Assembly (NCBI GenBank): GCA_965248925.1 | Contig: CBDFLE010000005.1 | Location: forward strand, 448,001-512,000 | Direction of reading: 5' to 3' | Length of the DNA stretch: 64,000 nucleotides | From: Candidatus Multivoradales bacterium | GTDB lineage: Bacteria > Acidobacteriota > Thermoanaerobaculia > Multivoradales > J023 | In this document: positions 49,436-59,404 of the stretch, piece by piece | Layout of the letters: every line of letters starts with the position of its first letter | Numbering within the stretch: the first letter of the stretch is position 1 | Notes under the pieces: generated by a model | The model's database searches: none | Told to the model about the DNA's origin: nothing | Seen by the model: the letters and a program-made list of their open reading frames with translations, nothing else | Translations under genes and position numbers: made by a program

Positions 49436-49666
49436 ATGGCCAGGAAGAAAGTCTTCTACCGCCGCCGCAAGGTCTGCAAATTCACCGTCGAGGGAATCGA
49501 GTACATCGATTACAAAGACACCAAGCTGTTGCAGCAGTACATCCTTGAGCGGGCCAAGATTCTGCCGCGTCGTATTTCCGGTACTTCCGCCCGCCACCAG
49601 CGTATGCTGGCTCAGGCGATCAAACGCGCCCGTCACCTGGCGCTGATCCCGTTCACCGCTGATTAA
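49436..49666 (+). CDS. rpsR: 30S ribosomal protein S18
   Basis: [30 protein letters not shown]. Confidence 0.97.
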   Translation: MARKKVFYRRRKVCKFTVEGIEYIDYKDTKLLQQYILERAKILPRRISGTSARHQRMLAQAIKRARHLALIPFTAD

Positions 49667-49679
49667 GAGGGCCGGAGCG

Positions 49680-50129
49680 ATGGAAATCATCCTGATGGAA
49701 GACCAGCGCAACCTCGGTAAGCGCGGTGAGGTCATCAACGTCAAACCGGGTTACGCCCGCAACTACCTACTGCCCAAGGGCATTGCGCTGCACGCGTCGA
49801 AGGGCAACGTCGCCTTCTTCGAGCAGCAGCGTAAGAAGATCGATGTGCGGCACAGCAAGGAGCGCGACGAGGCGGCCGAAATCGCGGCGCATCTGGCCAG
49901 CCTGAAGATCTCGATCAGCAAGCGGGCCGGCGAGACCGAGACCCTCTACGGTTCGGTCACCAATGGCGAAATTGCTGATCTGCTGGCCGAGAAAGGCGTG
50001 CGCATTGATCGACGCAAAATCGATATTGGCCTCGGCATCAAGACTCTCGGTGATCATCTGGTGGCGGTCGACCTGCACCCCGAGATCATGGCCGAGTTGA
50101 CGGTGTCAGTGGTTCCGGAAGAGCACTAG
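49680..50129 (+). CDS. rplI: 50S ribosomal protein L9
   Basis: LGKRGEVINVKPGYARNYLLP, LYGSVT, IKTLG. Confidence 0.97.
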   Translation: MEIILMEDQRNLGKRGEVINVKPGYARNYLLPKGIALHASKGNVAFFEQQRKKIDVRHSKERDEAAEIAAHLASLKISISKRAGETETLYGSVTNGEIADLLAEKGVRIDRRKIDIGLGIKTLGDHLVAVDLHPEIMAELTVSVVPEEH

Positions 50130-51395
50130 TTGGAAGGTCGGCGCGGCGTGGCGAAGGAGACCGCTGGGCGGGATCAGAGCGCCACGCCGTCGATCGATCA
50201 ATTTCTCGATCAGCCGACCCGAGATCTGGGCCATTGGGCCTGGTTGTGGGAGGGCGATCAGCGCTTTCCGATCCGTGGCAGCCGCGGCATATTGGGCCGC
50301 GGGAAAGCGCTTCTCAAGCGTCTCCTGCGGCCCTTTCTGCGTCTGGCTCTAGCCGAGACCTTTGATCGCCAGCGGGTTTTTAACCTGATTCTGATCGAGA
50401 CTCTCGAGCGTCAGCGCCACAGCTTGCGCAGCGACATTGATGGCTTGCGGCAGCATATCGAAGCGATTCACCACGATCATCAAAGCGCCATCGAAGCCCA
50501 TGCCGAGCGCTTGGTGCAACTCGACCGCCGCCTCGCCCAGAGCTTGCAAGATGTGATGAAGCATAACGACGCGCTGGTCGCCCGCCTCGATCAGAAGCTC
50601 GATCGCTACCGTCGCGAAGCCCGTACCCTTTCGTCTCAGCTCGGTGCTTTCATTGCCGCCCGCCAGGCCGAGCCGCCGCAACCCCTGGCCGCGGTGCAGA
50701 GGGAGCAGACCTACCTGGCCTTGGAGCTACGGCATCGCGGCTCGGAAGAGGAGATTGGCCAGCGGGTCAACACCTACTTACCTTTTCTCAAGCACCGGGG
50801 CCTGATTCTCGATCTCGGTTGTGGCCGTGGCGAAGCCCTGGCAGTGCTCAATAGCCATGGTTACCCAGCGCGCGGAATCGACTCGAGCAGCGAAATGGTG
50901 GGCTTGTGTATGGCCAAGGGCCTGGACGCCGTCAACGGCCAGCTGTTCGATTATCTGACCGAGGAGGTAGATCCCGACTCGTTGGGTGGGGTGGTGTCAT
51001 TCCACGTCATCGAGCACCTGCCTGCAGACTCGTTAGAGCGCCTGGTGCGCCTCGCCTGGCGGGCCCTGGCACCGGGTGGCGTGTTGATTTTGGAAACACC
51101 GAGTCCGCTGTCTGTAGTGATGGCAGCTCGCGATTTCTGGACCGATCCCACGCACTTGCGGCCGGTACACCCGGCCAGTCTTGAGGTGGCTTACCGCGAG
51201 GCTGGATTCGAGCCGGTGCATCGCCTTGACCTGCATCCGTTCCCCACGGCGCAGCAGTTGCCGCAGATCGATCTCGGCGACTTGCCGGCAAGCCAGAGGC
51301 AGTTGGGCGATCAGGTCAACCGTTTGCGGGACCGCCTCGACGAATTGTTGCACGGCCACCGGGATTACGCTTTGATCGGTGTCAAGCCCGCTTGA
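50130..51395 (+). CDS. coiled-coil + class I SAM-dependent methyltransferase (glycan/O-antigen-modifying type)
   Basis: HRGSEEEI, LDLGCGRGE, HVIEHL, LETP, FWTDPTH. Confidence 0.85.
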   Translation: MEGRRGVAKETAGRDQSATPSIDQFLDQPTRDLGHWAWLWEGDQRFPIRGSRGILGRGKALLKRLLRPFLRLALAETFDRQRVFNLILIETLERQRHSLRSDIDGLRQHIEAIHHDHQSAIEAHAERLVQLDRRLAQSLQDVMKHNDALVARLDQKLDRYRREARTLSSQLGAFIAARQAEPPQPLAAVQREQTYLALELRHRGSEEEIGQRVNTYLPFLKHRGLILDLGCGRGEALAVLNSHGYPARGIDSSSEMVGLCMAKGLDAVNGQLFDYLTEEVDPDSLGGVVSFHVIEHLPADSLERLVRLAWRALAPGGVLILETPSPLSVVMAARDFWTDPTHLRPVHPASLEVAYREAGFEPVHRLDLHPFPTAQQLPQIDLGDLPASQRQLGDQVNRLRDRLDELLHGHRDYALIGVKPA

Positions 51396-51417
51396 GCGGC
51401 CGCGACCCTGCTGCGAG

Positions 51418-51446
51418 TTGCACAGTCGCCCAAAGCCCGGTAGGCT
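51418..51446 (+). promoter_or_regulatory. sigma70-type promoter of the metal-efflux operon
   Basis: TTGCAC, 17-bp spacer, TAGGCT; ATG 51454 lies 7 nt downstream (leaderless geometry). Confidence 0.55.
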
Positions 51447-51453
51447 TATGGAC

Positions 51454-51891
51454 ATGTCGTCACGCTCGCTCGCTGGAGTCCTCATTCTGCTTCTTTTCGC
51501 CGCGCCGCTCGGTGCGTCGGTGTGCGGTGGATGTGGTCCCGAGCACTGTCAGATGGCTGGCATGGCTGGCATGGTTGGGGCGTCAGGGATCAGCGAGCCA
51601 GCAGCTGGGGATCACTGTCCGGCTGCCGGAGATGCCGCTGAGCAGGCAGCTCCTTGCGTCTCTCTGGGGTCGGTAAGAGTTGTTGCCGGCTGCTGCGTGG
51701 TTGAGGCGGCTCGAGAATCAGAGAGTAGCTCCACAGCAGTTGTTTCGACCTCTCTTGACTCCGTTTTCGAGCTTGCTCTAGCGATTGATGCTCGGGTCCT
51801 CGGGCCTCTCTTCGCCGCGAGCCGGCTGGAGGCCCCGCCGCGCCTGGCCCTCCAGCCCCTTTACACCCTGTACAGTTCCCTGCTGATTTGA
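51454..51891 (+). CDS. Cys/Met-rich exported leader protein (DUF2946/CutF-like architecture)
   Basis: Signal peptide, CGGCGPEHC, MAGMAGM, further Cys including CC, C-terminal EAPPR..PLYTLYSSLLI. Confidence 0.65.
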   Translation: MSSRSLAGVLILLLFAAPLGASVCGGCGPEHCQMAGMAGMVGASGISEPAAGDHCPAAGDAAEQAAPCVSLGSVRVVAGCCVVEAARESESSSTAVVSTSLDSVFELALAIDARVLGPLFAASRLEAPPRLALQPLYTLYSSLLI

Positions 51892-51959
51892 TTCACCTTT
51901 CGGCGTAGTGCGTTCCGCGTCTTTCGACGCGTGATCACCCCTACTCGGAAGGAGAATCA
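51889..51959 (+). promoter_or_regulatory. RBS-sequestering hairpin between the leader ORF and cusC
   Basis: TGATTCACCTTTCGGCGTAG (51889-51908) pairs with CTACTCGGAAGGAGAATCA (51941-51959); inner hairpin CGCGTC-TTTC-GACGCG. Confidence 0.65.
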
Positions 51960-53350
51960 TGTTGCTCAAGGAGTTTGTGCCTTTACTGGTCGCGTACCAG
52001 GTTTTCGGGTTCGGCGTTCCTAGTATGGCGCCAGCGGAGTTGCCCTCGCAGCTTGCCGGTGAGGGGTTGGTGGCCGAGGGTGGACTGCTGCTCGGCGGCC
52101 CGACGGGCGCTTTGATCGCCGGCCAAGAATCCGCCGCGCTGCGGCAGGTGGGGAAGGAAGTGTTAGCCCGCCACCCTGGGATTGCTCGTGCGCGGCGGCA
52201 GGCCGCGGCAGCTGCCGCGCGGGCGCCACAGGTGCGTTCCTTGCCCGATCCGGTGGCGGCCCTGACTCTCTTTGCGCTGCCGCCTGAGACTCGGGTTGGC
52301 CCGCAGCGGCTGAGCGCATCGATTCGGCAGAGATTCCCCTGGTTCGGCAAGCTGGCCCTCAAGGAACAAGCAGCCCTCTACGATGCGGCGGCTGTCGCAG
52401 CCAAGGTAGAGGTATTGCGGCTCGATGTGCTCACTGAAGTGCGGCGGCTGGTGCTTGAGTTGAGCTTTCTCGACTCCCACCAGGCGATTGTCGGTGGGGA
52501 GCGCGGCACTCTGGTGCGGTTTGAGCAGGCGGCTCAGGCGCGCTACTCGGCGGGCACCGGATTGCAGCAGGAGAGCGTGCGCATCCAGGCGCAGATCACC
52601 CGTACAGACACTCGCTTGTTGAACATCGCCGAGCGCCGAGCTTCGCTGCTGGCCACGCTCAATGCCCTGCGCGATCGGCCGGCGGATCAGGGGGTGGCAG
52701 GGGTGCAACCGCCGGTCCCAAGCCAGCCGCTCTTCGATCGCCAAGAATTGGGCCGAGAAGCCCGCTCGCGGCGACCCGAAATGGCGGTAGCGATCGCTGA
52801 AGTTGCCGCGGCAGCAACTCGAGTGGAGCTGGCCGAAAAGAGCTTCCATCCCGATTTCACTCTCGGTTTCTCTTACACGGCAGTGGGCAAACGCCGCGAT
52901 GCAGCGGGCCGCGCGACTCCACCCTCGGGCAACGGTGACGACATTCTCGCCCTTACCGGCTCTCTCAACCTGCCGGTGTGGCGGCGCAAGTTGGTGGCCG
53001 GGGTCGAAGAAGCCCAGGCCAACCATTGGGCGGCGCAAGAGAAGAAGCGCGAAGTCCTCGCCGGTATCGAGCGCTCGATCGGCGATCTCACCGCCCGCAT
53101 GCCGTTGCTTTTCGAGCATTGGCGGCTGCTCGATACGGTGCTGCGAGTTCAAGCACGGGAGGCGTTGCGCTCGGCCGAAACCGCTTACAGCACGGGCAAG
53201 CTGAACGCGGTAGATCTGCTCGATGCTGAGGTCGTGCTCTTCGATGTCCGCATCGCCACGGCTCGTACTCGCACCGATCTCGCCATAGCTCAAGCCGAAT
53301 TAGAGCGCGCAGTTGCTCACTCGCTGCTACCTGTCCAGGAGGGTCTATAG
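51959..53350 (+). CDS. cusC: TolC/CusC-family outer-membrane efflux protein
   Basis: LPDP, QRFPWFGKL, LNLPVWRRK, helical repeats; first structural gene of the RND operon. Confidence 0.85.
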   Translation: MLLKEFVPLLVAYQVFGFGVPSMAPAELPSQLAGEGLVAEGGLLLGGPTGALIAGQESAALRQVGKEVLARHPGIARARRQAAAAAARAPQVRSLPDPVAALTLFALPPETRVGPQRLSASIRQRFPWFGKLALKEQAALYDAAAVAAKVEVLRLDVLTEVRRLVLELSFLDSHQAIVGGERGTLVRFEQAAQARYSAGTGLQQESVRIQAQITRTDTRLLNIAERRASLLATLNALRDRPADQGVAGVQPPVPSQPLFDRQELGREARSRRPEMAVAIAEVAAAATRVELAEKSFHPDFTLGFSYTAVGKRRDAAGRATPPSGNGDDILALTGSLNLPVWRRKLVAGVEEAQANHWAAQEKKREVLAGIERSIGDLTARMPLLFEHWRLLDTVLRVQAREALRSAETAYSTGKLNAVDLLDAEVVLFDVRIATARTRTDLAIAQAELERAVAHSLLPVQEGL

Positions 53351-53351
53351 C

Positions 53352-54809
53352 ATGTCCGATGAGAATGTTGGCAAGATGAGTCCACGAAGCGTGATGTTTC
53401 TGGCCGTTGCCCTCATCGCCGGGGTGCTGCTGGCGCAGTTGCTGCCACCCGACCTCTTGGGCTTGCGGCACCGATCCACTTCTGTGAGCGGTGAACCCGA
53501 GGTTGCGGTCGATGGCCAGCTGTGGACCTGTGGCATGCACCCGCACGTGATCGAGCACGAGTCGGGGCAGTGTCCGATTTGCGGTATGAACCTGGTGCCC
53601 ATGCGAGGTCTGGATGGCGCCGAGCCCATCCCCGATCAAGTGGCGCAGCCGGAACTGCTCTTCTACCGCAATCCGATGGACCCATCCATCACCTCGCCGG
53701 TGCCGGCCCAGGACAGCATGGGGATGGCCTATGTGCCGGTCTACAGCGATCCCGGGGCTGTTCCAGGGGCTGCTCTAGGTGCTGGATCGGGAGCGACAGT
53801 GCGTATTGACCCGGCGGTGGTGCAGAACATGAATGTCCGCACCGAGATCGTCGAGCGTCGCGACCTCACCCAGCCGATCCGCACCGTCGGCTACCTGGAG
53901 TACGACCAGCAACGGATGGTCACGGTGACCACCAAGTACTCGGGTTGGGTCGAGAAGGTCTACGTCAACTACGTCGGCGAGAAGGTGCGCCGCGGCCAGC
54001 CCCTGTTCGAGGTCTACTCCCCCGAGCTGGTGCAGACCGAGCAGGAGCTGCTGTCGGCGTTGGAATTCGCCCGCCAGCTGGCCGACGCGCCGGAGGATGC
54101 GCGCGCGCGTGCCGAGTCGCTGGTCGATTCGGCACGCACCCGGCTCGGCTATTGGGATATCTCACCGCGGCAGATCGCCGTCCTGGAGGAAACCGGTGAG
54201 GTCTTCCGCACCCTCAAGGTGGCGGCCAAGTCCGGCGGCTTGGTGATGAAGCGGATGGCCGGCCTGGAAGGCATGGCGATCAAGCCGGGGATGAAGATCT
54301 TCCACATTGCCGACCTGTCGAGCTTGTGGATCTCGGCGGAGCTTTTCGAAGACCAGGTCGCTTGGGTGCGGGAAGGCACCCCCGCCGAGATCGCCCTGGC
54401 CTATTTCCCCGGCAAAAATTTCACCGGCAAGGTGCGTTTCCTCGAGCCCGAGTTGTCGGAGAAGACCCGCACCATGCGGGCCAAGATCGAAGTGCCCAAC
54501 CCCGGCGGCCGGCTGCGCAAGGGGATGTTCGCGACGGTGGAGTTTCAACCGGTGATCGTTCGCGATGCGGTGGCGGTGCCGGCGCAGGCGGTGCTGCGCA
54601 CCGGGCTGCGCAACGTGGTGGTGGTCGCTCTCGGCGAGGGGCGTTTCGTGCCGCGGGAGGTCATCATTGGTCACGAGGCCGAAGGCTATGCCCAGATCCT
54701 CAACGGTCTCGAAGCGGGAGTGGAGGTGGTCACCTCGGCCCAGTTCCTGCTCGATTCCGAATCCAAGCTGCGGGAAGCGATCCAGAAGATGATCGCCGGT
54801 CGTTCGTAG
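53352..54809 (+). CDS. cusB: CusB-like periplasmic adaptor with heavy-metal-binding domains
   Basis: WTCGMHP..CPICGMNL, YRNPMDP..DSMGM, YSPEL, QFLLDSES. Confidence 0.9.
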   Translation: MSDENVGKMSPRSVMFLAVALIAGVLLAQLLPPDLLGLRHRSTSVSGEPEVAVDGQLWTCGMHPHVIEHESGQCPICGMNLVPMRGLDGAEPIPDQVAQPELLFYRNPMDPSITSPVPAQDSMGMAYVPVYSDPGAVPGAALGAGSGATVRIDPAVVQNMNVRTEIVERRDLTQPIRTVGYLEYDQQRMVTVTTKYSGWVEKVYVNYVGEKVRRGQPLFEVYSPELVQTEQELLSALEFARQLADAPEDARARAESLVDSARTRLGYWDISPRQIAVLEETGEVFRTLKVAAKSGGLVMKRMAGLEGMAIKPGMKIFHIADLSSLWISAELFEDQVAWVREGTPAEIALAYFPGKNFTGKVRFLEPELSEKTRTMRAKIEVPNPGGRLRKGMFATVEFQPVIVRDAVAVPAQAVLRTGLRNVVVVALGEGRFVPREVIIGHEAEGYAQILNGLEAGVEVVTSAQFLLDSESKLREAIQKMIAGRS

Positions 54810-54819
54810 GGGACAAGCA

Positions 54820-57800
54820 ATGCTCAACCGTGTCATCGAGTGGTCTCTCAAGAATCAGCTGCTGGTTCTGGTGGCCCTGCTGTTGGCCGTCCTTGGCGGT
54901 GTCTGGTCGATCAGCGAGACCCGCGTCGACGCCATTCCTGATCTGTCCGATGTGCAGGTGATCATCTACACTGAGTTCCCCGGGCAGGCTCCACAGGTGA
55001 TCGAGGATCAGGTCACCTACCCGCTGACCTCTAAAATGCTGGCAGTACCTTTCGCCAAGGTGGTGCGCGGCTACTCCTTCTTCGGCTTCTCGTTTGTCTA
55101 CGTGATCTTCGAAGACGGCACCGATCTCTACTGGGCGCGCTCGCGAGTGCTCGAATACCTCTCGGCGCTGGCCGGCAAGTTGCCGCCGGGAGTGACGCCG
55201 CAACTCGGCCCCGATGCCACCGGGGTTGGCTGGGCCTTCATGTACGTGCTCAACTCGCCGCAGCGTTCGCTGGCCGAACTCCGCAGCTATCAGGATTGGT
55301 ACCTGCAATATGGCTTGTCGTCGGTGGAGGGAGTTTCGGAAGTGGCGTCGATCGGTGGATTTGTGCGCCAATACCAAGTAGAGGTCGACCCGGTGCGGCT
55401 GCGCGCCTACAGCATGCCGCTGAAGAGGATCAAGCGAGCTATTCAACAGTCCAACATCGACGTCGGTGGTCGTCTTTTGGAGATCGCCGAGCGCGAATAC
55501 ATGGTCCGCGGCAGGGGCTATATCAAGGGTGTGGAGGATCTCGAGAATATTGTGCTGTCGGTGGGTCCAGGTGGCGTGCCGGTGCTGCTCAAGGATGTCG
55601 CTCGGGTGGTCATTGGCCCGGACGTTCGCCGCGGTCTGGCGGATTGGAACGGCGAAGGGGAGACGGTGGGCGGCATCGTCGTGGTGCGCTCCGGCGCCGA
55701 CACCCGCACCACCATTCAGCGGGTCAAGGAGAAGCTCGAGGAGCTCAAGGCCGGGCTGCCGGACGATGTCGAGATCGAGGTGGCCTACGACCGCAGTGGC
55801 CTGATCGAGCGTTCCATCGCCACCCTCATCGATACTTTGATCGAAGAGCTGGTGGTGGTCTCATTGATCTGCATCCTCTTCCTCTTCCACTTCCGTTCCG
55901 CTTTCGTCGCCATCGTCTCGATTCCGCTGTCGATCTTGCTGGCTTTTATTCTGATGCGCTGGCAGGGGCTGGGGGCCAACATCATGTCCTTGGGGGGGAT
56001 CGCCATCTCGATCGGGGTGTTGGTCGACGCCGCCATCATCATGGTGGAGAACGCCCACAAGCATTACGAGGAGTGGCAGGGCAAGCGATCTCACTTCGAG
56101 ATTATCTTGCGTTCGGCGCAGGAGGTCGGGCCGACCCTCTTCTTCACCTTGCTGGTGATCACCGTCTCCTTCATGCCGGTGTTCACCTTGCAAGCTCAGG
56201 AGGGCAGACTGTTCAGTCCTCTGGCCTTCACCAAGACTTTTGCCATGGGCATGTCGGCGATCTTGGCGGTGACCGTGGTGCCGGTACTGATGTATTGGTT
56301 TGTGCGCGGCAAGATCCACGGCGAAGCCAAGCATCCGGTATCGCGGCTGCTGCGCTTTCTCTACACCCCGGTCTTGCATCTGGCGTTGCGTTGGCGCTGG
56401 CAGGTGATCATCGCCATGGCGGTGATTCTGGCGGTGACGGTGATTCCTCTGCGGCGCATCGGCTCGGAGTTCATGCCGCCGCTATGGGAAGGAGACCTGC
56501 TCTACATGCCGACCACCTTCCCCGGTCTGTCGATCACCAAGGCGAAGGAGATCTTGCAGCAGACCGACAAGATCATCCGCACTTTCCCGGAGGTGGAATC
56601 GGTCTTCGGCAAGGTTGGCCGGGCCGAGACCGCCACCGATCCGGCGCCCCTATCGATGATCGAGACCACCATCGTGCTCAAAGATCCGAGCGAGTGGCGG
56701 CCGGGGCTGACCCGCGATGAGCTGATCGCCGAGCTCGATAGAGCGGTGCAGATTCCGGGTCTCACCAACGCCTGGACGATGCCGATCAAGACCCGTATCG
56801 ACATGCTTTCCACCGGCATCAAGACACCGGTGGGGATCAAGATCGGTGGCCCGGACCTGCGCACCTTGGAAGGCATCGCCAAGCGGGTCGAAGCGGTGGT
56901 CAAGCCCTTGCCCGGCACCCTCTCGGCCTATGCCGAAAGGGTCATGGGTGGCAGCTACTTGGACTTCGACATCGACCGCCAAGCGGCCGCCCGTTTCGGC
57001 CTCAATGTCGGCGATGTTCAAGATGTCATCCGCTCCGCCGTCGGCGGCATGAACGTCTCCTGGACGGTCGAAGGGCTGGAGCGCTATCCGATCAACGTGC
57101 GCTACCCGCGGGAGCTGCGCGACAGCCCGGCGGCCCTCGGTGAGATCCTGGTGGCAACTCCGGCGGGAGGGCAAGTGCCGCTCAAGCAGCTCGCCAAGCT
57201 CGAGCTGCGCGATGGGCCGCCGGGCATCAAGTCCGAGGGTGCCCGCCCCAACGCCTGGATCTATGTCGACCTGCGGGGTGTCGATGTCGGCTCGTGGGTC
57301 GAGCGGGCCAAGGAGGAGGTGGCTGCCCAGGTGGAGATACCGCCCGGCTACACCATCTTCTGGTCGGGTCAGTACGAGTACATGCAGCGGGCCAAGGCTC
57401 GGCTGCTGCTCATCGTGCCGATCACTCTCTTGCTGATCTTCCTGATCCTCTACTTCCACACCCAGTCGGTCATCAAGACCGCCATCGTCTTGTCGGCGAT
57501 CCCCTTCTCCTTGGTGGGCTCGGTCTGGCTGATGGATTTCTTGGGTTACAACTGGTCGGTGGCAGTGATCGTCGGCCTGATCGCCCTGGCCGGGCTGGCG
57601 GCCGAGACCGGAGTGGTGATGCTGCTCTACCTCGATATCGCCTACGACCGCTGGCAGGAGCAGGGCCGCATGCTCAGCTTCTCGCATCTGCGTGAGGCGG
57701 TCGATCACGGCGCCGTGCAGCGCATCCGGCCGAAGATGATGACTGTCGCCGCCACCTTCTTCTCCCTGGTACCGATCCTCTGGGCCACCGGCACCGGCTC

Positions 57801-57981
57801 CGACGTCATGCGGCGTATCGCCGCGCCGATGGTCGGCGGGGTCTTCACCTCCTTCCTGGCGGAGTTGGTGGTGTTTCCGGCCATCTACTTCATCTGGCGC
57901 GGAGTCGGCCTGCAAAGAACGGCCCTTTTCGCCACTGTCGAGCGGTTGCAACCGACCGCAGAACCAGGAGATAGCCAATGA
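54820..57981 (+). CDS. cusA: CusA/SilA-family Cu/Ag RND permease
   Basis: DAIPDLSDVQV, GPDATGVGW, EFMPPL.EGDLLYMP, APLSMIET, RIDMLSTG (conserved Met sites). Confidence 0.93.
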   Translation: MLNRVIEWSLKNQLLVLVALLLAVLGGVWSISETRVDAIPDLSDVQVIIYTEFPGQAPQVIEDQVTYPLTSKMLAVPFAKVVRGYSFFGFSFVYVIFEDGTDLYWARSRVLEYLSALAGKLPPGVTPQLGPDATGVGWAFMYVLNSPQRSLAELRSYQDWYLQYGLSSVEGVSEVASIGGFVRQYQVEVDPVRLRAYSMPLKRIKRAIQQSNIDVGGRLLEIAEREYMVRGRGYIKGVEDLENIVLSVGPGGVPVLLKDVARVVIGPDVRRGLADWNGEGETVGGIVVVRSGADTRTTIQRVKEKLEELKAGLPDDVEIEVAYDRSGLIERSIATLIDTLIEELVVVSLICILFLFHFRSAFVAIVSIPLSILLAFILMRWQGLGANIMSLGGIAISIGVLVDAAIIMVENAHKHYEEWQGKRSHFEIILRSAQEVGPTLFFTLLVITVSFMPVFTLQAQEGRLFSPLAFTKTFAMGMSAILAVTVVPVLMYWFVRGKIHGEAKHPVSRLLRFLYTPVLHLALRWRWQVIIAMAVILAVTVIPLRRIGSEFMPPLWEGDLLYMPTTFPGLSITKAKEILQQTDKIIRTFPEVESVFGKVGRAETATDPAPLSMIETTIVLKDPSEWRPGLTRDELIAELDRAVQIPGLTNAWTMPIKTRIDMLSTGIKTPVGIKIGGPDLRTLEGIAKRVEAVVKPLPGTLSAYAERVMGGSYLDFDIDRQAAARFGLNVGDVQDVIRSAVGGMNVSWTVEGLERYPINVRYPRELRDSPAALGEILVATPAGGQVPLKQLAKLELRDGPPGIKSEGARPNAWIYVDLRGVDVGSWVERAKEEVAAQVEIPPGYTIFWSGQYEYMQRAKARLLLIVPITLLLIFLILYFHTQSVIKTAIVLSAIPFSLVGSVWLMDFLGYNWSVAVIVGLIALAGLAAETGVVMLLYLDIAYDRWQEQGRMLSFSHLREAVDHGAVQRIRPKMMTVAATFFSLVPILWATGTGSDVMRRIAAPMVGGVFTSFLAELVVFPAIYFIWRGVGLQRTALFATVERLQPTAEPGDSQ

Positions 57982-59237
57982 TCGAGATCCTCTTTGACAC
58001 TGACCCGACCCGCGGAGACCTCAGCCGCGCTGGCTTCACCTTGTTGGCGTTCACCCTGATGCTCGCCGCTTGCTCAGTGCAGCCCGGTTCGCAACCCCAG
58101 GACCCGGACGCGCCCGCGGTGGCGCGTAGCGGAATTCGTTTCATCGACCCGCCGTCGGGTTCCGGGGCGATGGCGCCCAGCCTGACCACGGGCCAAGACG
58201 GCGCCCTGCTGAGCTGGCTCGAGCCGACGGCCAGCGGCCACACTCTGTACTTCGCTGAATTTGCAGGTGAGAGCTGGTCGGCGCCGCTGCAAATTGCCTC
58301 CGGCGAAGCATTCTTTGCCAATTGGGCAGACTTGCCGCAGCTGGTGGTGTCCGCCGAGGGCACCCACTTTGCCCACTGGTTGCAGAAGTTGGGCGAGGAC
58401 ACTTATGCCTACGGCGCTTCCTTGGCGCGCTCGCGAGACGGCGGTGAGAGCTGGCAGCAGCTTGGCCTGCTGCACGACGACGCCACCCCGGCCGAGCACG
58501 GCTTCGTCTCGTACGCGCCGCTGGCCAGTGGTGGAGTGCAGGCATTCTGGCTCGATGGCCGGCTGATGCCCGGCGGCGGCGATATGCAGCTGCGCACCAG
58601 CTGGCTCGGCGAGGGCGCGGTCGAGGCCAGCACCCTGCTCGATGATCGGGTGTGCGAATGCTGCGCCACCGACGCGGCGACCACCAGCGCCGGTCCGGTG
58701 GTGGTTTACCGCGATCGTAGTTCGACGGAGATTCGCGATATCGCCCTCATTCGCGCAACCAGTGACGGCTGGAGCAAGCCTGTGGTGATCCATCAAGACG
58801 GGTGGCAGATTCAAGGCTGCCCGGTGAACGGTCCGGCGATTGCGGCCCAGGGCAATCGGGTCGCGGTTGCGTGGTTTTCCGCCGCGGGCGAACAGCCGAC
58901 GGTCAAACTGGCGTTTTCAAGCGATGCTGGAGCCCACTTTGCGGCGCCGATCTCGGTGGATGACACCAAGCCAATGGGGCGAGTCGACGTGATTCTCGAT
59001 CAGCGCGGGCTGGCGGTTGTTAGCTGGATGGGCCCAACAAGTGGTGGCGCGGAGATTCGCTGGCGCCAGATTGCTATCGACGGCGAGCGCGGTGCCGTGC
59101 AGATTGTTGCCGCGACCACGGCTGCGCGTTCGGCCGGCGTATCGAAGATGGCGCCCTGGGGCGATGGAATGCTCTTCGCTTGGGTCGAAGACGGCAAGCC
59201 CAGTCGCCTACGGACTGGCCTCGTCGGGTTGCGGTAG
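57978..59237 (+). CDS. BNR/sialidase-like beta-propeller lipoprotein
   Basis: Lipobox LAAC, FFANWAD, Asp-boxes SRDGGESW and SSDAGAHF, CECC, GCPVNGP; ATGA overlap with cusA. Confidence 0.75.
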   Translation: MIEILFDTDPTRGDLSRAGFTLLAFTLMLAACSVQPGSQPQDPDAPAVARSGIRFIDPPSGSGAMAPSLTTGQDGALLSWLEPTASGHTLYFAEFAGESWSAPLQIASGEAFFANWADLPQLVVSAEGTHFAHWLQKLGEDTYAYGASLARSRDGGESWQQLGLLHDDATPAEHGFVSYAPLASGGVQAFWLDGRLMPGGGDMQLRTSWLGEGAVEASTLLDDRVCECCATDAATTSAGPVVVYRDRSSTEIRDIALIRATSDGWSKPVVIHQDGWQIQGCPVNGPAIAAQGNRVAVAWFSAAGEQPTVKLAFSSDAGAHFAAPISVDDTKPMGRVDVILDQRGLAVVSWMGPTSGGAEIRWRQIAIDGERGAVQIVAATTAARSAGVSKMAPWGDGMLFAWVEDGKPSRLRTGLVGLR

Positions 59238-59404
59238 GAGTTCCTGGAGGAGTCGAAGTCGGGGTGGGTCATCGAGAGCTGCTTTGCTTTCCGGTTTACC
59301 TGGTAAGGGATATTCGAGGTACCTGCCCGTGAGCCTCAGCGTGGGGTACAGCGAGACCCTGGAACCCGTTTCGAGAGAAGATATCTAGGTGCAACGTACT
59401 CTCC

